A stretch of 60,729 bases of DNA from Candidatus Acidiferrales bacterium (GTDB lineage Bacteria; Acidobacteriota; Terriglobia; Acidiferrales; UBA7541), in NCBI GenBank assembly GCA_050747045.1, contig JBOGNC010000001.1, forward strand, positions 1-60,729, read 5' to 3'. A program made the position numbers and the translations under genes. The notes beneath the pieces were generated by a model. The model did not search any database. It had not been told where the DNA came from and was given only the letters and a program-made list of their open reading frames with translations. Positions 19,648 to 28,324 of this stretch are shown piece after piece (within the stretch, counting starts at the first letter, position 1; every line of letters starts with the position of its first letter).

Positions 19648-20641
19648 CGAACGGGATGGAGAACCGACGATGAACGGATTCGAGATGATCCTTCCATTCC
19701 TGAAACCCATCGAGCACCTCATTCTCGACGACTCGATCAGCGAGGTCATGGTGAATGGCCCGGACCGCGTCTTCATAGAGAGGAGCGGCCTGCTCCAACA
19801 GGTGCAAGGGGTGTCGCTCGGGGAGAAATCCCTCATGGTTGCGGTCAAAAACATCGCGCGGCGTCTCGGCAGCGACATCTCGGAATCGAAGCCCATTCTC
19901 GATTCGCGGCTGCCGGACGGGAGCCGTGTTGCCGCCGTGATCCCGCCGTGCAGTTTGAGCGGCGTCACATTGACCATTCGCAAGTTCAATACACGGCATT
20001 TCGAAATCGACGATCTGATCAGAACCAGCACGCTCGACAGCAATCTAGCGAATCGGCTCAAGGAATATGTCCTCGCGCGCAAAAACATCCTCATCAGCGG
20101 TGGAACCGGGACCGGCAAAACGACACTGCTCAACATTCTCGGGAAGTTCATCCCTCAGGATGACCGGATTCTTCTGATTGAGGACACTGCCGAGATTCAG
20201 TTGGCGCAGCCGAACCTTGTCAGGTTCGAGGCGCGGCAGGCTCAGAATGGCCTGCCGGCAGTAGCCATCCGGGATCTGCTCAAAGCAGCGCTTCGGCACC
20301 GCCCGGACCGTATCATTCTCGGCGAGATTCGCGGCGGCGAAGCGTTCGACCTGCTCCAGTTGTTGAACACGGGGCATTCGGGCACCCTCTCGACAATTCA
20401 CGCAAACTCCGCGAAACAGGGGCTCGCCCGTTTCACCAGTTGCGTCCTTCAGAGCGGCGTGGACCTCCCTTATCGTGCCATCAAGACCAACATCGCCGAC
20501 TCATTGAACGTCGTGGTTCAGATCGAGCGCAGGCCGGGACGCCGATACATCTCCGAAGTGCTCGAAATCAACAGCTATGACCCCGACGCAGACCTCTTCG
20601 ATTACTGCGCCATGTATGTGCATCAGGGAGAAACGCCATGA
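19634..20641 (+). CDS. virB11: T4SS ATPase VirB11 family
   Basis: Walker A GGTGTGKTTLLN, RILLIEDTAEI and His box NTGHSGTLSTIHAN. The start may instead be the in-frame ATG at 19670. Confidence 0.9.
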   Translation: MASYDERDGEPTMNGFEMILPFLKPIEHLILDDSISEVMVNGPDRVFIERSGLLQQVQGVSLGEKSLMVAVKNIARRLGSDISESKPILDSRLPDGSRVAAVIPPCSLSGVTLTIRKFNTRHFEIDDLIRTSTLDSNLANRLKEYVLARKNILISGGTGTGKTTLLNILGKFIPQDDRILLIEDTAEIQLAQPNLVRFEARQAQNGLPAVAIRDLLKAALRHRPDRIILGEIRGGEAFDLLQLLNTGHSGTLSTIHANSAKQGLARFTSCVLQSGVDLPYRAIKTNIADSLNVVVQIERRPGRRYISEVLEINSYDPDADLFDYCAMYVHQGETP

Positions 20642-21549
20642 CTACCGAAAACCCGGACAAGAAGGACATCGCCGCACCGGAATATATTCGCGCGAACTTT
20701 GATCCCTCAGACCGGCTCGCCGTCCTGGTACGAAACCGGAAGCGCGGAGAAACCCTCCAGCGGATCAGCACGGCGGTACGCATCGCCGCCCCCCAGTTTC
20801 AGGAGTGGCTGCGATACAAGAATGACCGGGACGGCTCCGACATCTACATCGGAATGAACCCGCTCAGACCCGACGCCCACACCCGAACGAAGGATGATAT
20901 ACAGGCGATCAAGCACCTCTATCTCGACCTCGACCACGAGGGAACGAAATCCCTCGCGGCCCTCCAGCAATCTGACCTTGTGCCGCCCCCGAGCTACGTT
21001 CTGAGCACGTCGCCTGACAAGTTTCAGGTGACATGGAAAGTCGAGGGAGTCACTCAAGAGCAGGCCGAAGCGTTCCTCCACGCCCTTGCGCGGGAGTTCG
21101 ATGGCGATCCCGCAGCGACCGATTCGACGAGAGTCCTCCGCCTTCCGGGTTTCGCAAACAAGAAATATGAAGAAGACTTCCGCGTCGCCATTCACTCGCA
21201 CACGGATCGCACATATCATCCACGGGATTTTAAGCTTCGTGCCGACCCCGTGGACTCTGGCCCAGGAAGATGGAATCCGTCTCGCGAGCGCACAGCAACG
21301 TCAGGCCCTCGGGAATTGAGCCAATCGGAGCGCGACTGGGCCTACGCGAAGCGAGCCTTGGCGCGCGGACTCCCCCCAGAAGAAGTCATGCGTGACATTG
21401 CGGAGTTCCGCGCGCATGAAAAGCATGACCCGGAAGATTATGCCCGGCGCACAGTTACCAAAGCCCAGGCTGAACTCAATGCTCCTCCGTCTTCGCGCAC
21501 CGCAGGCACTGTCCCCGAAACCGACAGCAATCGCGATCCTAGCCATTAG
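20638..21549 (+). CDS. RepB-type (RSF1010 RepB-prime-like) DNA primase domain protein
   Basis: 303 aa with DIYIGMNPL, IKHLYLDLDH, STSPDKFQVTWKV and DSTRVLRLPGFANKK, resembling the RepB primase catalytic domain. ATGA overlap with virB11. Confidence 0.6.
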   Translation: MTTENPDKKDIAAPEYIRANFDPSDRLAVLVRNRKRGETLQRISTAVRIAAPQFQEWLRYKNDRDGSDIYIGMNPLRPDAHTRTKDDIQAIKHLYLDLDHEGTKSLAALQQSDLVPPPSYVLSTSPDKFQVTWKVEGVTQEQAEAFLHALAREFDGDPAATDSTRVLRLPGFANKKYEEDFRVAIHSHTDRTYHPRDFKLRADPVDSGPGRWNPSRERTATSGPRELSQSERDWAYAKRALARGLPPEEVMRDIAEFRAHEKHDPEDYARRTVTKAQAELNAPPSSRTAGTVPETDSNRDPSH

Positions 21550-21597
21550 CAGACAGCGGCTTACGTGCCCCAATTTGCCAGGCTTCGAGCAACCAGA

Positions 21598-22929
21598 ATG
21601 GAATCGACGAACCACTTGCTGTCACGCGATGTCGTTGGTACAGTCGCGACAGCGACGCCAGCGAAGCGGAAACGAGGCAAAGCCTTGTCACGCCGAACTG
21701 GTCAAGATGGTCATATAGAAAAGTCAGGAAGATGGTTTGTCGTGCGATTCTGGAAAGACATTCCGGGCCAAGAGAGGCGCATGCACGTTCGAGAACGTGT
21801 CTGCCTGATTTCCGGCCCTGGCCTGCTTTCTAAGAGCGAACGAAAACGGAAAGCGAGGGAAATCATCCGAGCAAGCGGGGCGGACTCCTCTGAATACTTC
21901 AAAGAAGTCGTGAAGCAGGACACCGGAGTTACGTTCCACGAGCAATCTGAAATTTGGCTAAAGCAGTTGCAGAATCGCAAGCGTAAACCCATTCGACAGA
22001 GCTATGCGGTTACAATTCAGGGAGCACTCGACAAGTGGATTCTTCCTGCGATTGGGCAGATTCCACTAGCGAACGTGGACAACCTTTCTGTCAAGCCGCT
22101 CATTGAAAAGATGTCGGCAGCGGGGCTATCACCACGGACTGTAAACAAGTACATCGAGCACGTTAAGCAGGTCGTGGCATCGTTGAAAAGTCCAAACGGC
22201 GAATCCATCCATAACAGGAAATGGGACGCTGAAACAATGGACCTACCCGTCGTTGAGCAAGCAGAACAGAAGCGTCCATCGGTCAAGGCCGATGCGATCT
22301 CACAACTTATCCAGGCCAGCAGCGGTCAGGAGCAAACACTGTATGTTCTCCTTGCAGCCACTGGTTTGAGGATTTCTGAGGCACTTGCGGTCGAGCAGCG
22401 TCATTTCACCAACGGTGGTCGTACCATCACGGTCGAGCAGCAGGTCGAGAAAGATTCCGCTCGCATCGCGAAATATCTGAAGACCGCCGCTGCCAAAAGA
22501 CAGATAGATTTGCACCCTGACATTGCAGAGTACCTGCAACGCTACACCGCCGGAAAAACTGGTCTGCTGTTCCATACAGCGAATGGCAAGCCGCATCTTT
22601 ACGGCAACCTGGAAGACCGCTGGCTTACTCCGCGTCTCGTCAAGATGGGATTAGATGAGGAAGGAATGGGTTGGCATTCATTCAAGCGTTTCCGTAAGAC
22701 CTGGTTGCGTGGTAGTCGCTGCCTGGAGGACATCAACAACTTCTGGATGGCACACAAGCCGCAAACCATGTCAGAGGTCTACTCGCATCTTCACGAGGAA
22801 TTGCAATTACGCCTCGATGAAGCAGAACGAGTCGGCTACGGATTCACTCTTCCGGCTTCTGATGTTGGCTGTGCTGTACCGATTGTCCCGAAATTGCACC
22901 AACATAGTGCAAGAGAAAAAGCAGCGTAA
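21598..22929 (+). CDS. int: tyrosine site-specific integrase (element A)
   Basis: C-terminal catalytic region with ATGLRISEALAV ... HSFKRFRKTWL ... MSEVYSHL (R, H-x-x-R, Y). It ends 22 bp before the tRNA-derived repeat. The track ORF starts at GTG 21565. Confidence 0.85.
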   Translation: MESTNHLLSRDVVGTVATATPAKRKRGKALSRRTGQDGHIEKSGRWFVVRFWKDIPGQERRMHVRERVCLISGPGLLSKSERKRKAREIIRASGADSSEYFKEVVKQDTGVTFHEQSEIWLKQLQNRKRKPIRQSYAVTIQGALDKWILPAIGQIPLANVDNLSVKPLIEKMSAAGLSPRTVNKYIEHVKQVVASLKSPNGESIHNRKWDAETMDLPVVEQAEQKRPSVKADAISQLIQASSGQEQTLYVLLAATGLRISEALAVEQRHFTNGGRTITVEQQVEKDSARIAKYLKTAAAKRQIDLHPDIAEYLQRYTAGKTGLLFHTANGKPHLYGNLEDRWLTPRLVKMGLDEEGMGWHSFKRFRKTWLRGSRCLEDINNFWMAHKPQTMSEVYSHLHEELQLRLDEAERVGYGFTLPASDVGCAVPIVPKLHQHSAREKAA

Positions 22930-22951
22930 ATGATTGGGAGAGCGAGGATTA

Positions 22952-23000
22952 GTTGGTGGACGTGGCCGGGATCGAACCGGCGACCCCCTGCTTGCAAAGC
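22952..23000. repeat. 49-bp direct repeat: duplicated 3' half of tRNA-Ala (att site shared by elements A and B)
   Basis: Identical to 60565-60613 (gttggtggacgtggccgggatcgaaccggcgaccccctgcttgcaaagc). This covers tRNA nt 30-76 plus 2 nt, and identity stops on both sides. Confidence 0.95.
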
Positions 23001-23139
23001 GGCAAACCAAATTTATCAAATCTTGCCGGAGCCGACGCATGCCGCTTGAAACGGACAACTTGCAACAAAACGAGACAAGGTGCGTTTGTCACATTTGTTC
23101 GCTTATTGTTCGCGAATTGCCCCCTTTTGCCGCGACTTG

Positions 23140-23157
23140 TACTACGTTTTTACTACG
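23140..23157. repeat. arm-type repeat pair TACTACG-N4-TACTACG
   Basis: The 18-mer tactacgtttttactacg is identical to 60480-60497. The two heptamers are phased 11 bp apart. Confidence 0.7.
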
Positions 23158-23218
23158 GCGGGTCACGGTGGGAGGGAACCTCCGCAAAAGCAGGTGCCCT
23201 CTCTGGCCGTAGGAAATT

Positions 23219-23238
23219 CGTAGTAAGAACGTAGTAAG
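23219..23238. repeat. inverted copies of the arm-type heptamer (CGTAGTAAG x2, 11-bp phasing)
   Basis: cgtagtaag occurs at 23219-23227 and 23230-23238. It is the reverse complement of the TACTACG core, and a third copy lies at 60534-60542. Confidence 0.65.
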
Positions 23239-23277
23239 AGAACCGCGTGACGACGCTGGAGCCTACCTTCGCGCAAG

Positions 23278-23703
23278 CTAGGCCGACCTTCGTAGCCCAC
23301 CTCGGCTGGCCCTGTTTCCCCTGTGGACGGCAACCCTGCGGTACCTCCGAGCGGGCTGGATCAAAACATCGGCCGGTATGCCGAGTTTCTCATGCAGGTT
23401 GCGAATCATGTTCAAGGACAGCGGCCTCTTTCCCCTCATCACCTCGTACACGCGCGTCCGCTGGCCGATGACTCCGATCAATGCTCTCGAGTCTTTACCT
23501 CTCTGTTCCAGTCGGAACTTGATTGCCTCGACGGGATCCGGAAGATCAATGGGATAGTGTTCCCTTTCATAGGCCTCAATGAGCGTGGTCAGAATATCCA
23601 ACTCGTCGCTCTCTGCAGAGCCTTCCGCGGAATCCCACAACTCTTCCACGCGACGCAGCGCTCGCTCGTAATCCGCCTCCGTCCTAATTGGCCTGATGTC
23701 CAT
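23278..23703 (-). CDS. higA: HigA-type HTH antitoxin
   Basis: 141 aa with IRTEADYERALRRVEELWD...DILTTLIEAYEREHYPI..PDPVEAIKFRLEQRG and a C-terminal HTH (RTRVYEVMRGKRPLSLNMIRNLHEKLGIPADVLI). Overlaps higB by 20 bp. Confidence 0.8.
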   Translation of the reverse strand: MDIRPIRTEADYERALRRVEELWDSAEGSAESDELDILTTLIEAYEREHYPIDLPDPVEAIKFRLEQRGKDSRALIGVIGQRTRVYEVMRGKRPLSLNMIRNLHEKLGIPADVLIQPARRYRRVAVHRGNRASRGGLRRSA

Positions 23704-24022
23704 ATCTCACCGTCTTCACGTCAATCTTGTCGTATTCTGCATGTGTTCCAAGCCATTTGATGAACACGATCTGATGCTGATAGTTGATAGCCACCACCAA
23801 CCTGTAGTCGTTGCCCTTGATGTTGAAAACCACTCGATCTGGACCAACGATGCTGGCGTTGGCATATGCTTTCACAAGATCCGCTGGCTTGTTCCAGTCG
23901 GCCCGGAGCACCTCGTGAAACCATGCATCGAGTGCTGACTTGACCGCCTTCTGATCCTTGCTGCCTTTGAGCCGCTCGACAAACTGCTTTAGAGTCTTCC
24001 GCGCAATTATCCTCACGGCCAA
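23684..24022 (-). CDS. higB: HigB-family (RelE-like) mRNA interferase toxin
   Basis: 112 aa with ADWNKPADLVKAYANASIVGPDRVVFNIKGNDYRLVVAINYQHQIVFIKWLGTHAEYDKIDV, the characteristic HigB_toxin pattern. The toxin-first order is typical of higBA. Confidence 0.8.
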   Translation of the reverse strand: MAVRIIARKTLKQFVERLKGSKDQKAVKSALDAWFHEVLRADWNKPADLVKAYANASIVGPDRVVFNIKGNDYRLVVAINYQHQIVFIKWLGTHAEYDKIDVKTVRYGHQAN

Positions 24023-24293
24023 GTCTCAGGCAGCATGTTCAATTATACTCTTGTTCCCAAAATGGGTACAGCCCGATTGTTGAGTGTGTCGATTGTTGAG
24101 AGCCCAAGGCATACTACGTATTCACTACGCGACTGCAAAGCGAAGAAGGGAAATCCCTCAACCTTCGCTACCTGATGAGAATGAAAGAGGAAAGATTAGG
24201 TGCAAGCACACCGCGCGGGCAGAGCATCGGTCTTTCAGACAGGGGACCGGGCCACGCTGGGCCAGGTCGGCACTCTTTCCCCGTCTGAACTGC

Positions 24294-25940
24294 TCATTTT
24301 GAACGTCGCTTCTTGCTTTTTGTTTCTTTGTTTCCGTTGCCCCTTTTCCGCTTTCTCGACAGCTCCGCAGCGACCTTCGCAGTGACCTTCGACGCGTCCA
24401 CCTTGTAGCGGGCAGATGCTTTCATGAGATTGGCCTCTTTCGACAGAGTCTCGGCAGAACTGTAGCCAGGACAGTACAGATCGGGCACGAGTGCGCAAGT
24501 GACTAAGAAGCGGTTGAGGTCAGCGGTGCTCATTTCCCGGATTTGAGCTTCGGCCAGCTTCTCATGATCTACTGAGGTTCCGCCCCAAGATGTCTTCGTC
24601 TTCTTTTCGTCCCAGCTATAGACCTGGAACAGCCGATGATGATTGTCGTGGCCCAGGCGCCGGAAATAATCGAGTGCAATCATCTCGAAATCTCCACGGG
24701 CTAATGCAGGAGGAAGGTTCTGCCGAACGGCCTGCAAAATCCGCGACCGCGATTCCTTCTGAACCCGAATTGCGAGCGCAAGTTTGCTGCGCTGTTCCCG
24801 CTCCTGTGGCGAGATTTCGTAACGAGAGGACTGCCGGTGCGTCTTGCAGGTCTCATCCGCACAGATGTGCAAGACCGTTCCCGCTTCTCGGCCATCCACG
24901 ATCACGGCGGCCCGTGTGTGCGGGCACTCTCCCTCGCGTTCCACGCGCCGATACTGGCCTTCGTACAACATGTCGGGAGACTTGGAACGTGCCTGCCAGT
25001 AAGGGGCCGAAGAGATCTGAACTGGCTTTTGGCCCTCTTTCACCAAGGGTGCAACGCGAATCCTGACCAGCGCCTCGATTTTCGCCCGGTAGCACGCCGG
25101 GTCTGTGCACAGAGATTTGTTTCTGATTTCCGGGAAGAGCAGCGGATTATTGCCAGTCCGTTTGGGACACGTTGAGCATGGTCCTGCCGCGGGCAGCAAA
25201 TTGGCGTCGTTGACGTCGAAGGGCGCGTTTTTCAAGTCCAGGTGAATTTCGCCTTCGATCCAATCGCGAAGCTGTCGGACGGTCATCGCTTCCGCTTTCC
25301 GGTCCTTGAGAATCGAGGCCGTGTTTCGGTGACCGGGAAAACATTCCATGAGGGCTCGTTCCTGATCCGCGGGTTGGAGTCGTGCGAGTTCCAAGGCATG
25401 TGCCACGGTGAGCTTACCCTCATAGAATGCTGTTTGCGCGGCCGGAATCAGATCTGTGAGTGAGATGCGACCCTTCACGTAGGTGGGACTCTTGGCAACC
25501 TGCGCCGCGATTGCTTCGACGGTGTAGTAATCCGGCTTCAGCTCCATCAGTGCCCGATAGCCGATCCCCTCGTCCAGCTCGTGGATATCGGCGCGCTGTA
25601 GATTCTCGATGAGCTGAATCTCCCGACATTCAGCATCGGTTAGGTCGCGCACCGCTGCTGGAATCGCTACCTTGCCCGCTAACTTCGAGGCACGAAAACG
25701 GCGGGCGCCAGCGACCAATTCGTACGTTCCATCCGTCCTGTCGGGCGCTGGCCGGACGAGGATTGCTTGCAAGACACCGTGCCGTTTGATGTTTTCGGCC
25801 AATTCCCTGAGCTTCCCTTCATCAAAGGCCCGACGCGGGTTGCTGGTGGACTCGCGGATCCGATCCAGGGGAATATCCTGAACGCATGACACCCCACGAA
25901 ATGCCAGATCCACATGGTTAGCTAACAGTGTGTTCATCAT
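24294..25940 (-). CDS. ParB/Srx N-terminal domain protein with Cys-rich extension
   Basis: 548 aa. ParB box GVLQAILVRP...YELVAGARRFRASKLAG, then Cys clusters (CSTCPKRTG...CTDPACYRAK; ECPHTRA...HICADETCKTH) and a basic tail. Confidence 0.8.
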   Translation of the reverse strand: MMNTLLANHVDLAFRGVSCVQDIPLDRIRESTSNPRRAFDEGKLRELAENIKRHGVLQAILVRPAPDRTDGTYELVAGARRFRASKLAGKVAIPAAVRDLTDAECREIQLIENLQRADIHELDEGIGYRALMELKPDYYTVEAIAAQVAKSPTYVKGRISLTDLIPAAQTAFYEGKLTVAHALELARLQPADQERALMECFPGHRNTASILKDRKAEAMTVRQLRDWIEGEIHLDLKNAPFDVNDANLLPAAGPCSTCPKRTGNNPLLFPEIRNKSLCTDPACYRAKIEALVRIRVAPLVKEGQKPVQISSAPYWQARSKSPDMLYEGQYRRVEREGECPHTRAAVIVDGREAGTVLHICADETCKTHRQSSRYEISPQEREQRSKLALAIRVQKESRSRILQAVRQNLPPALARGDFEMIALDYFRRLGHDNHHRLFQVYSWDEKKTKTSWGGTSVDHEKLAEAQIREMSTADLNRFLVTCALVPDLYCPGYSSAETLSKEANLMKASARYKVDASKVTAKVAAELSRKRKRGNGNKETKSKKRRSK

Positions 25941-26037
25941 TGTTCATCCTTCTTCGAGCGTGGATTGGGAGCATTGGAGCAGAGGAAGACTTGAAGGCAA
26001 ATTCTCTAGGCGGATCAATTTTGTCCTTGACACGCCT

Positions 26038-26058
26038 TGGAGTACGACCGTACTCTTA
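26038..26058. promoter_or_regulatory. palindromic operator candidate upstream of the tetR-family gene
   Basis: gagtac-gacc-gtactc lies at 26040-26055. It shares the right half-site gtactctta and the left core gagtac with the palindrome at 26661-26684, and ends 5 nt before the ATG at 26063. Confidence 0.5.
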
Positions 26059-26062
26059 CATC

Positions 26063-26647
26063 ATGCGATATTCGCCAGAACACAAAGCTCGCAGCCACGA
26101 GAAAATTCTGTCCATGGCCGCCCGCTCCTTCCGCGAACGCGGAGCGGACAGCAGCGGGATCGGGACAGTGATGAAGAAGGTAGGCCTTAAGAAAGGCGGC
26201 TTCTATCGGCATTTTAAGAGCAAGGACGACCTATTCGTCGAAGCCGTGGCACGGGCACTCGACGAGACGGGAAGAGGTATGGTGGAGGTTGCAAAGTCCG
26301 CCCCCGAAGGTCAGGCTCTGCGCGCCATCATCGAACGCTATCTAAGCGCTGGTCACGCGAATTCGCTGGGAACCGGTTGCGTGCGTGCCGCCCTCGGGCC
26401 GGAGCTCGCACGAAAGCCATTGTCCGTGCGGAAACGGATTGAGGCGTCTCTGGAAGCGTATCGCGAGCGCCTCCTACCATTCATGCCCGGTCAAACGCGA
26501 GAAGAAAAAATGGCGAAGTGCAGGTTGTTGTTCCCCAGTATGGCGGGCGTGTTGATGATGATCCGGGTTACTGCGGACCCTCGAAAGCGTGAGCAGATGT
26601 TGATGGAGGCGAGGAAGTTTTTCATAAAGAGCTTCGCTGAAGAGTGA
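26063..26647 (+). CDS. TetR/AcrR family transcriptional regulator
   Basis: HTH region ILSMAARSFRERGADSSGIGTVMKKVGLKKGGFYRHFKSKDDLF. The in-frame ATG at 26063 was chosen over the upstream track start. Confidence 0.85.
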   Translation: MRYSPEHKARSHEKILSMAARSFRERGADSSGIGTVMKKVGLKKGGFYRHFKSKDDLFVEAVARALDETGRGMVEVAKSAPEGQALRAIIERYLSAGHANSLGTGCVRAALGPELARKPLSVRKRIEASLEAYRERLLPFMPGQTREEKMAKCRLLFPSMAGVLMMIRVTADPRKREQMLMEARKFFIKSFAEE

Positions 26648-26660
26648 TTTTTTTGCATCC

Positions 26661-26684
26661 ATAAGAGTACAGTCGTACTCTTAT
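26661..26684. promoter_or_regulatory. perfect 10-4-10 palindrome, second TetR operator candidate
   Basis: ataagagtac-agtc-gtactcttat lies between the tetR stop and the next gene (26728). Confidence 0.5.
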
Positions 26685-26727
26685 CAAGAGCGGAAACGAA
26701 ACCAAACTCAATCGAAAGGATAACCCG

Positions 26728-27123
26728 ATGAAAGATATGGCAGTGCTTCCCGCAGCATCCGTAGAGCAATCACAGTCCGCGGGCGCCTCAGGCGTGCCCA
26801 GCGTGGCTATACCTAAAACCACCGCAGTCATCGTAATTGAGACTCCCAAGCAGGGTGTAACCCCTCAACAAATAATGGCCGTAATCCCGGAAGAGATTCG
26901 GGCAACTGTGAAGCTCTACCTCGAGGGGAAAATCCGCCAGTGGTACTCGCGCGGCGATGGCAAAGGCGTCGTCTTCGTGGTCGACGCGAAGACCGAGGAC
27001 GAAGCACGAGCCATTATGGAAACGCTGCCGCTCGCGAAGGAACAGTTGCTGGATGACGAGTACATTCCCGTCGGACCCTTGATGCCGCTGAAAGCATTGA
27101 TGGGCCCAGGAACCGAGCAGTGA
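26728..27123 (+). CDS. small alpha+beta barrel protein, muconolactone-isomerase-like
   Basis: The C-terminal 90 aa (VKLYLEGKIRQWYSRGDGKGVVFVVDAKTEDEARAIMETLPLAKEQLLDDEYIPVGPL) resemble the MIase/Dabb fold family. Weak recognition. Confidence 0.4.
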   Translation: MKDMAVLPAASVEQSQSAGASGVPSVAIPKTTAVIVIETPKQGVTPQQIMAVIPEEIRATVKLYLEGKIRQWYSRGDGKGVVFVVDAKTEDEARAIMETLPLAKEQLLDDEYIPVGPLMPLKALMGPGTEQ

Positions 27124-27175
27124 CCATCCCTGCGATAGTTCAGCTGCAGGACGAGAACCTTAGAAGGAGGCGATC

Positions 27176-28291
27176 ATGATTAAGCCAAGGATCATCGTGA
27201 CTGGCGCGACTGGGAAGACCGGCAGCGTCGTCGCTACCGAACTGTTAAAGGCCGGCTACCCCGTCCGCGCCTTGGTGCACCGAGAAGATGGCCGCAGCGC
27301 TCGGCTGAAGGCGCAGGGGGCCGAGATCGCAGTGGCCGACCTGAACGATGTCGAGCGCGTCGCCGACGCGCTGAAGGATGTCCAGCGCGCCTATTATTGT
27401 CCGCCTTACGATTCGTACATGATTCAGGGCGCGGTCGCCTTCGCGGTTGCAGCCAAGGAAGCCCGGCTCGAACACATCGTTGGCCTCAGCCAGTGGCTAG
27501 CGAGCCCTTCGCATCCGTCGCTCATGACCCGCCACCACTGGCTCGTCGATCGGCTGTTCTCGATGACGCCCGGAGTCGCGCATACGATCGTCAACCCGGG
27601 CTGGTTCGCGGATGATTACCTGGTGACGATTGGGTTGTCAGCGAATCTCGGCATCTTTCCCTGGTTCTTGGGCAATAGCCGCAACGCTCCACCTTCCAAC
27701 GAAGATATCGCCCGAGTTGCTGTTGCGGCCCTGATAGATCCTGCGCGGCACGCCGCAAAGAGCTATCGCCCCACTGGGCCGGAACTCCTCGGCGCGGAAG
27801 ACATGGCCAAGGCCATCGGCCGAGCTGTTGGACGATCGGTCAGGGTGGTCCCGACGCCGGCCTGGCTGTTCATGAAGGCCGCACGGATGAGCGGCTATCC
27901 GATCGATGTGTTCAGTGGTGTTCGCTACTACATCGACGATCACAAGCGCGGCGCCTTCGAACTGAGCGCATCGACTACCGACGTGTTCGATGTGACCGGC
28001 TGTCCTGCTGAAGACTTCGAGACGATCGCTCGCCGTTATGCGGCGCTTTCCCGCAACCGGCGGACCTTCGGCAATTGGCTTCGCGAGTTCGTGCAGTTCA
28101 TGCTCGCTCCGTTCAGCCCTGGTTTCAATCTGGACCGCTACGACCGCGAACTGCGTCGCCCGTTCCCGTCGCAGCCGCAGTTCGCCCCCGACTCCAATGT
28201 GTGGCGGCGCGAACACGCCATCGCTGACACCTTTAAGCCCGTGGCGCCCCGCCACGAGCAGGCCCCTATCGCCGCCACCAGCCGCGGTTAA
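27176..28291 (+). CDS. NmrA-like NAD(P)-binding (atypical SDR) protein
   Basis: N-terminus IIVTGATGKTGSVVATELLKAGYPVRALV (Rossmann GxxGxxG). The 371-aa length with a C-terminal extension fits. Confidence 0.8.
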   Translation: MIKPRIIVTGATGKTGSVVATELLKAGYPVRALVHREDGRSARLKAQGAEIAVADLNDVERVADALKDVQRAYYCPPYDSYMIQGAVAFAVAAKEARLEHIVGLSQWLASPSHPSLMTRHHWLVDRLFSMTPGVAHTIVNPGWFADDYLVTIGLSANLGIFPWFLGNSRNAPPSNEDIARVAVAALIDPARHAAKSYRPTGPELLGAEDMAKAIGRAVGRSVRVVPTPAWLFMKAARMSGYPIDVFSGVRYYIDDHKRGAFELSASTTDVFDVTGCPAEDFETIARRYAALSRNRRTFGNWLREFVQFMLAPFSPGFNLDRYDRELRRPFPSQPQFAPDSNVWRREHAIADTFKPVAPRHEQAPIAATSRG

Positions 28292-28324
28292 AGACTGGAA
28301 TCCTAAAAAAAGGAGAGATTCGTC

